From NCBI GenBank assembly GCA_041946765.1, contig JBHGAZ010000021.1, forward strand, positions 4,279-68,278: a stretch of DNA of 64,000 bases, read 5' to 3'. Every line of letters starts with the position of its first letter. Positions within the stretch are counted from its first letter, which is position 1. The stretch comes from Terriglobales bacterium. Lineage in GTDB: Bacteria; Acidobacteriota; Terriglobia; Terriglobales; Acidobacteriaceae. Shown in pieces: positions 63,881-64,000 of the stretch. Made by a program: the position numbers and the translations under genes. The notes beneath the pieces are model-generated. The model saw only the letters and a program-made list of their open reading frames with translations. It was not told where the DNA came from and ran no database searches.

Positions 63881-64000
63881 ACCCGCGCAGCTAAGGCCAG
63901 CCTGAACTGGGAAACTCTCCTCAAAGCTGAGCATGCCGCCTTTTTGGCCGCGATGCGAATGGCCTGCCTTCGTGCCCTCAATAAAAGCAGGTCCTTTCGC

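Overview
High-GC bacterial chromosomal window. The gene content (many PAS/GAF histidine kinases, MacB/FtsX-type permeases, a CsgG-like lipoprotein, an HpnI-like glycosyltransferase) suggests an Acidobacteriota-like soil bacterium, but I cannot verify that. The left 17.6 kb holds a partial TPR gene, tRNA-Ser(UGA) and a ~15.9-kb integrative island bounded by a perfect 45-bp direct repeat (1644-1688 / 17573-17617). The island carries int-xis, HTH regulators and a DUF3987-like replication gene followed by a 12-copy GTAGTC(A) iteron array. It also carries a block of unrecognisable membrane, secreted and Cys-rich proteins, a DNA-ligase remnant, and a defence-like cargo: a 5'-truncated retron-type reverse transcriptase, an orphan HsdR-like helicase-nuclease and a DUF3800 protein. 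To the right of the island is core genome: selenocysteine formate dehydrogenase fdnGHI-fdhE, rpoD, a HEPN-like orphan, dnaB, a CsgG-like gene, three sensor kinases plus a stand-alone REC, an M50/CBS protease, an FNT channel and an SDR. These are followed by a 7-gene Mrp/Mbh-like antiporter module, two glycosyltransferases and two FtsX-type permeases. Next comes a rhodanese gene with an in-frame TGA at a position I recall as a conserved Cys (candidate selenoprotein), then nuoHIJKLMN, PBP1A and a PG-binding protein. In the nuo cluster, nuoM is broken by three frameshifts and nuoH is 5'-truncated next to a truncated tRNA-Glu. I saw no rRNA, CRISPR array or transposase. Many long ORFs in the supplied track are antisense shadows of real genes. 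Several frameshifts can be repaired by adding one base in a C/G run, so assembly error and true pseudogenisation cannot be told apart from the sequence alone.
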